Assembly (NCBI GenBank): GCA_963703365.1
Contig: OY969815.1
Span: 3,080,577 to 3,144,576 of the forward strand
Source of the DNA: an uncultured Bacteroidota bacterium
Lineage (GTDB): Bacteria > Bacteroidota > Ignavibacteria > Kryptoniales > JAKASW01
Direction: 5' to 3'
DNA: 64,000 nt
Shown here piece by piece: positions 63,121 to 64,000 of the stretch. The position numbers and the translations under genes are program-made. The notes beneath the pieces are model-generated. The model was given only the letters and a program-made list of their open reading frames with translations, was not told the DNA's origin and did no database searches. Every line of letters starts with the position of its first letter. The stretch's first letter is position 1.

Positions 63121-64000
63121 TTAGTCCTCTCTGAAAGAGTTTTCGGATTGATCGACGCATTTGATATCGCACCGTAGGCAGCGCGCGGCTTCATCCAATG
63201 CTTCTTCACCACTGTACCCTGAAAGGACTTCCTGGAATGTCATAATCCTTTCCATCACGGCAAGTTTCTTCGGTTCAATTCTCTCATTCCCTTCCGGTTC
63301 CGGCGGCGCTTCGTTTTTGTATTTGAATTCCCTGAATAGCCAGTGGAATCTTTTTTCCTTCATCAGTTCGAAGTCGATTGCCTCCGCCGCGCTCCGGGCA
63401 ATTCCCATCGCTTCGGAAACAGTGGCAGGTCCGGTTACGGCATCGCCGCCGGCATAAACTTTTGGCAAGTTCGTGCGATAGCTTGGATGTTGTACCCTGA
63501 TCGAACCGTTCTTCCGCGTTTCCAATCCAATTCCCTTTGCAGGTTCAAATTCCACTTTCTCGCCCACCGCAAGAATAATCGTGTTGCATTCAACAAATGC
63601 TCTCTCGCCGGTTTCCATCGGCCTTTTTCTTCCTGAGTTGTCAAGTCCGTCGAATCGCATCTTATGAATTTCGAGTCCCTTCACTTTTCCTCTCGCATCA
63701 CCGACGATCTTGCTTGGAGCGGACATAAACATAAATTTTATATTTTCATCCATCGCATCGTTTATCTCATGTTCATTCGCGGGCATCTCGTCTCTGTCGC
63801 GGCGATAGACAATCGCTACTTCAGCGCCGAGCCGCAGACATGAGCGCGCAGCATCAATTGCGACATTACCAGCGCCGACGATTACCACCTTGTTGCCGAT
63901 GGCAGGCTTTTTTCCCATCGACAATTTCTCGAGGAACTCATAGCCTTCGTAGACGCCGACGAGATCTTTGCCGGCAATGTCGAGCGCAATATCTTTCTGA
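63121..64000 (-). CDS. GltD-like NAD(P)H-dependent FAD oxidoreductase (glutamate synthase small-chain family), C-terminal part. The gene runs off the window end.
   Basis: VVIVGAGNVAIDAAR, VYAGGDAVTGPATV and the Cys pair CLRCD are present. The frame stays open to nt 64000 (…QKDIALDIAGKDLVGVYEGYEFLEKLSMGKK…). Confidence 0.8.
   Translation of the reverse strand, partial: QKDIALDIAGKDLVGVYEGYEFLEKLSMGKKPAIGNKVVIVGAGNVAIDAARSCLRLGAEVAIVYRRDRDEMPANEHEINDAMDENIKFMFMSAPSKIVGDARGKVKGLEIHKMRFDGLDNSGRKRPMETGERAFVECNTIILAVGEKVEFEPAKGIGLETRKNGSIRVQHPSYRTNLPKVYAGGDAVTGPATVSEAMGIARSAAEAIDFELMKEKRFHWLFREFKYKNEAPPEPEGNERIEPKKLAVMERIMTFQEVLSGYSGEEALDEAARCLRCDIKCVDQSENSFRED

Noticed and set aside
1-64000. Looked for CRISPR arrays, tRNA/rRNA genes, and transposase, integrase or recombinase genes.
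   Set aside because: I saw none. There are no regularly spaced repeats, no cloverleaf-like conserved segments in intergenic regions, and no ORF with DDE, tyrosine- or serine-recombinase motifs. In particular, no recombinase accompanies the 16-bp inverted repeats at 5857/6532.

Overview
This 64-kb window is a bacterial chromosomal segment, about 45-48% GC and almost fully coding. I found no rRNA, tRNA, CRISPR array, transposase or integrase.

Lineage: a C-terminal T9SS (Por) sorting tail, sigma-54 regulation and the gene order suggest an FCB-superphylum anaerobe, possibly Ignavibacteria-like. This placement is inference only.

Gene content, left to right:
- A group-3b-type [NiFe] hydrogenase operon on the minus strand. 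The large subunit is truncated at the window start, and a standalone cNMP-binding protein is embedded in the operon.
- acs.
- A low-GC single-gene cassette, followed by a LexA-like gene.
- A complete dcw cluster: mraZ-rsmH-ftsL-ftsI-murE-murF-mraY-murD-ftsW-murG-(orf)-murC-murB-ftsQ-ftsA-ftsZ.
- A REC-DHp protein plus a sigma-54 enhancer-binding response regulator.
- A BNR-repeat T9SS cargo protein.
- A polyphosphate cluster (ppk, sixA, CHAD, ppx).
- A TPR protein, pstS and a porin.
- Aminopeptidase N and a PQQ-like propeller protein.
- A metal block: CDF-like protein, TonB-dependent receptor, bfr.
- The rnc-fabF-acpP-fabG-(Cys-rich orf)-fabD-fabH-plsX-rpmF-yceD cluster.
- A Dabb protein, a CPA2 antiporter and BtpA.
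- ackA and hbd.
- An [FeFe] hydrogenase with a GltD-like partner that runs off the window end.

Best candidate for something undescribed: a ~0.69-kb, ~30% GC cassette at 5857-6547, bounded by 16-bp perfect inverted repeats. It encodes a zinc-ribbon protein with a C-terminal HEPN-type RNxxxH motif. It lies directly downstream of, and on the same strand as, a LexA-family protein that by eye has lost the Ala-Gly cleavage site and both Ser/Lys catalytic residues.

Functional calls rest on reading the supplied translations and on motifs I recognise. No database searches were run.
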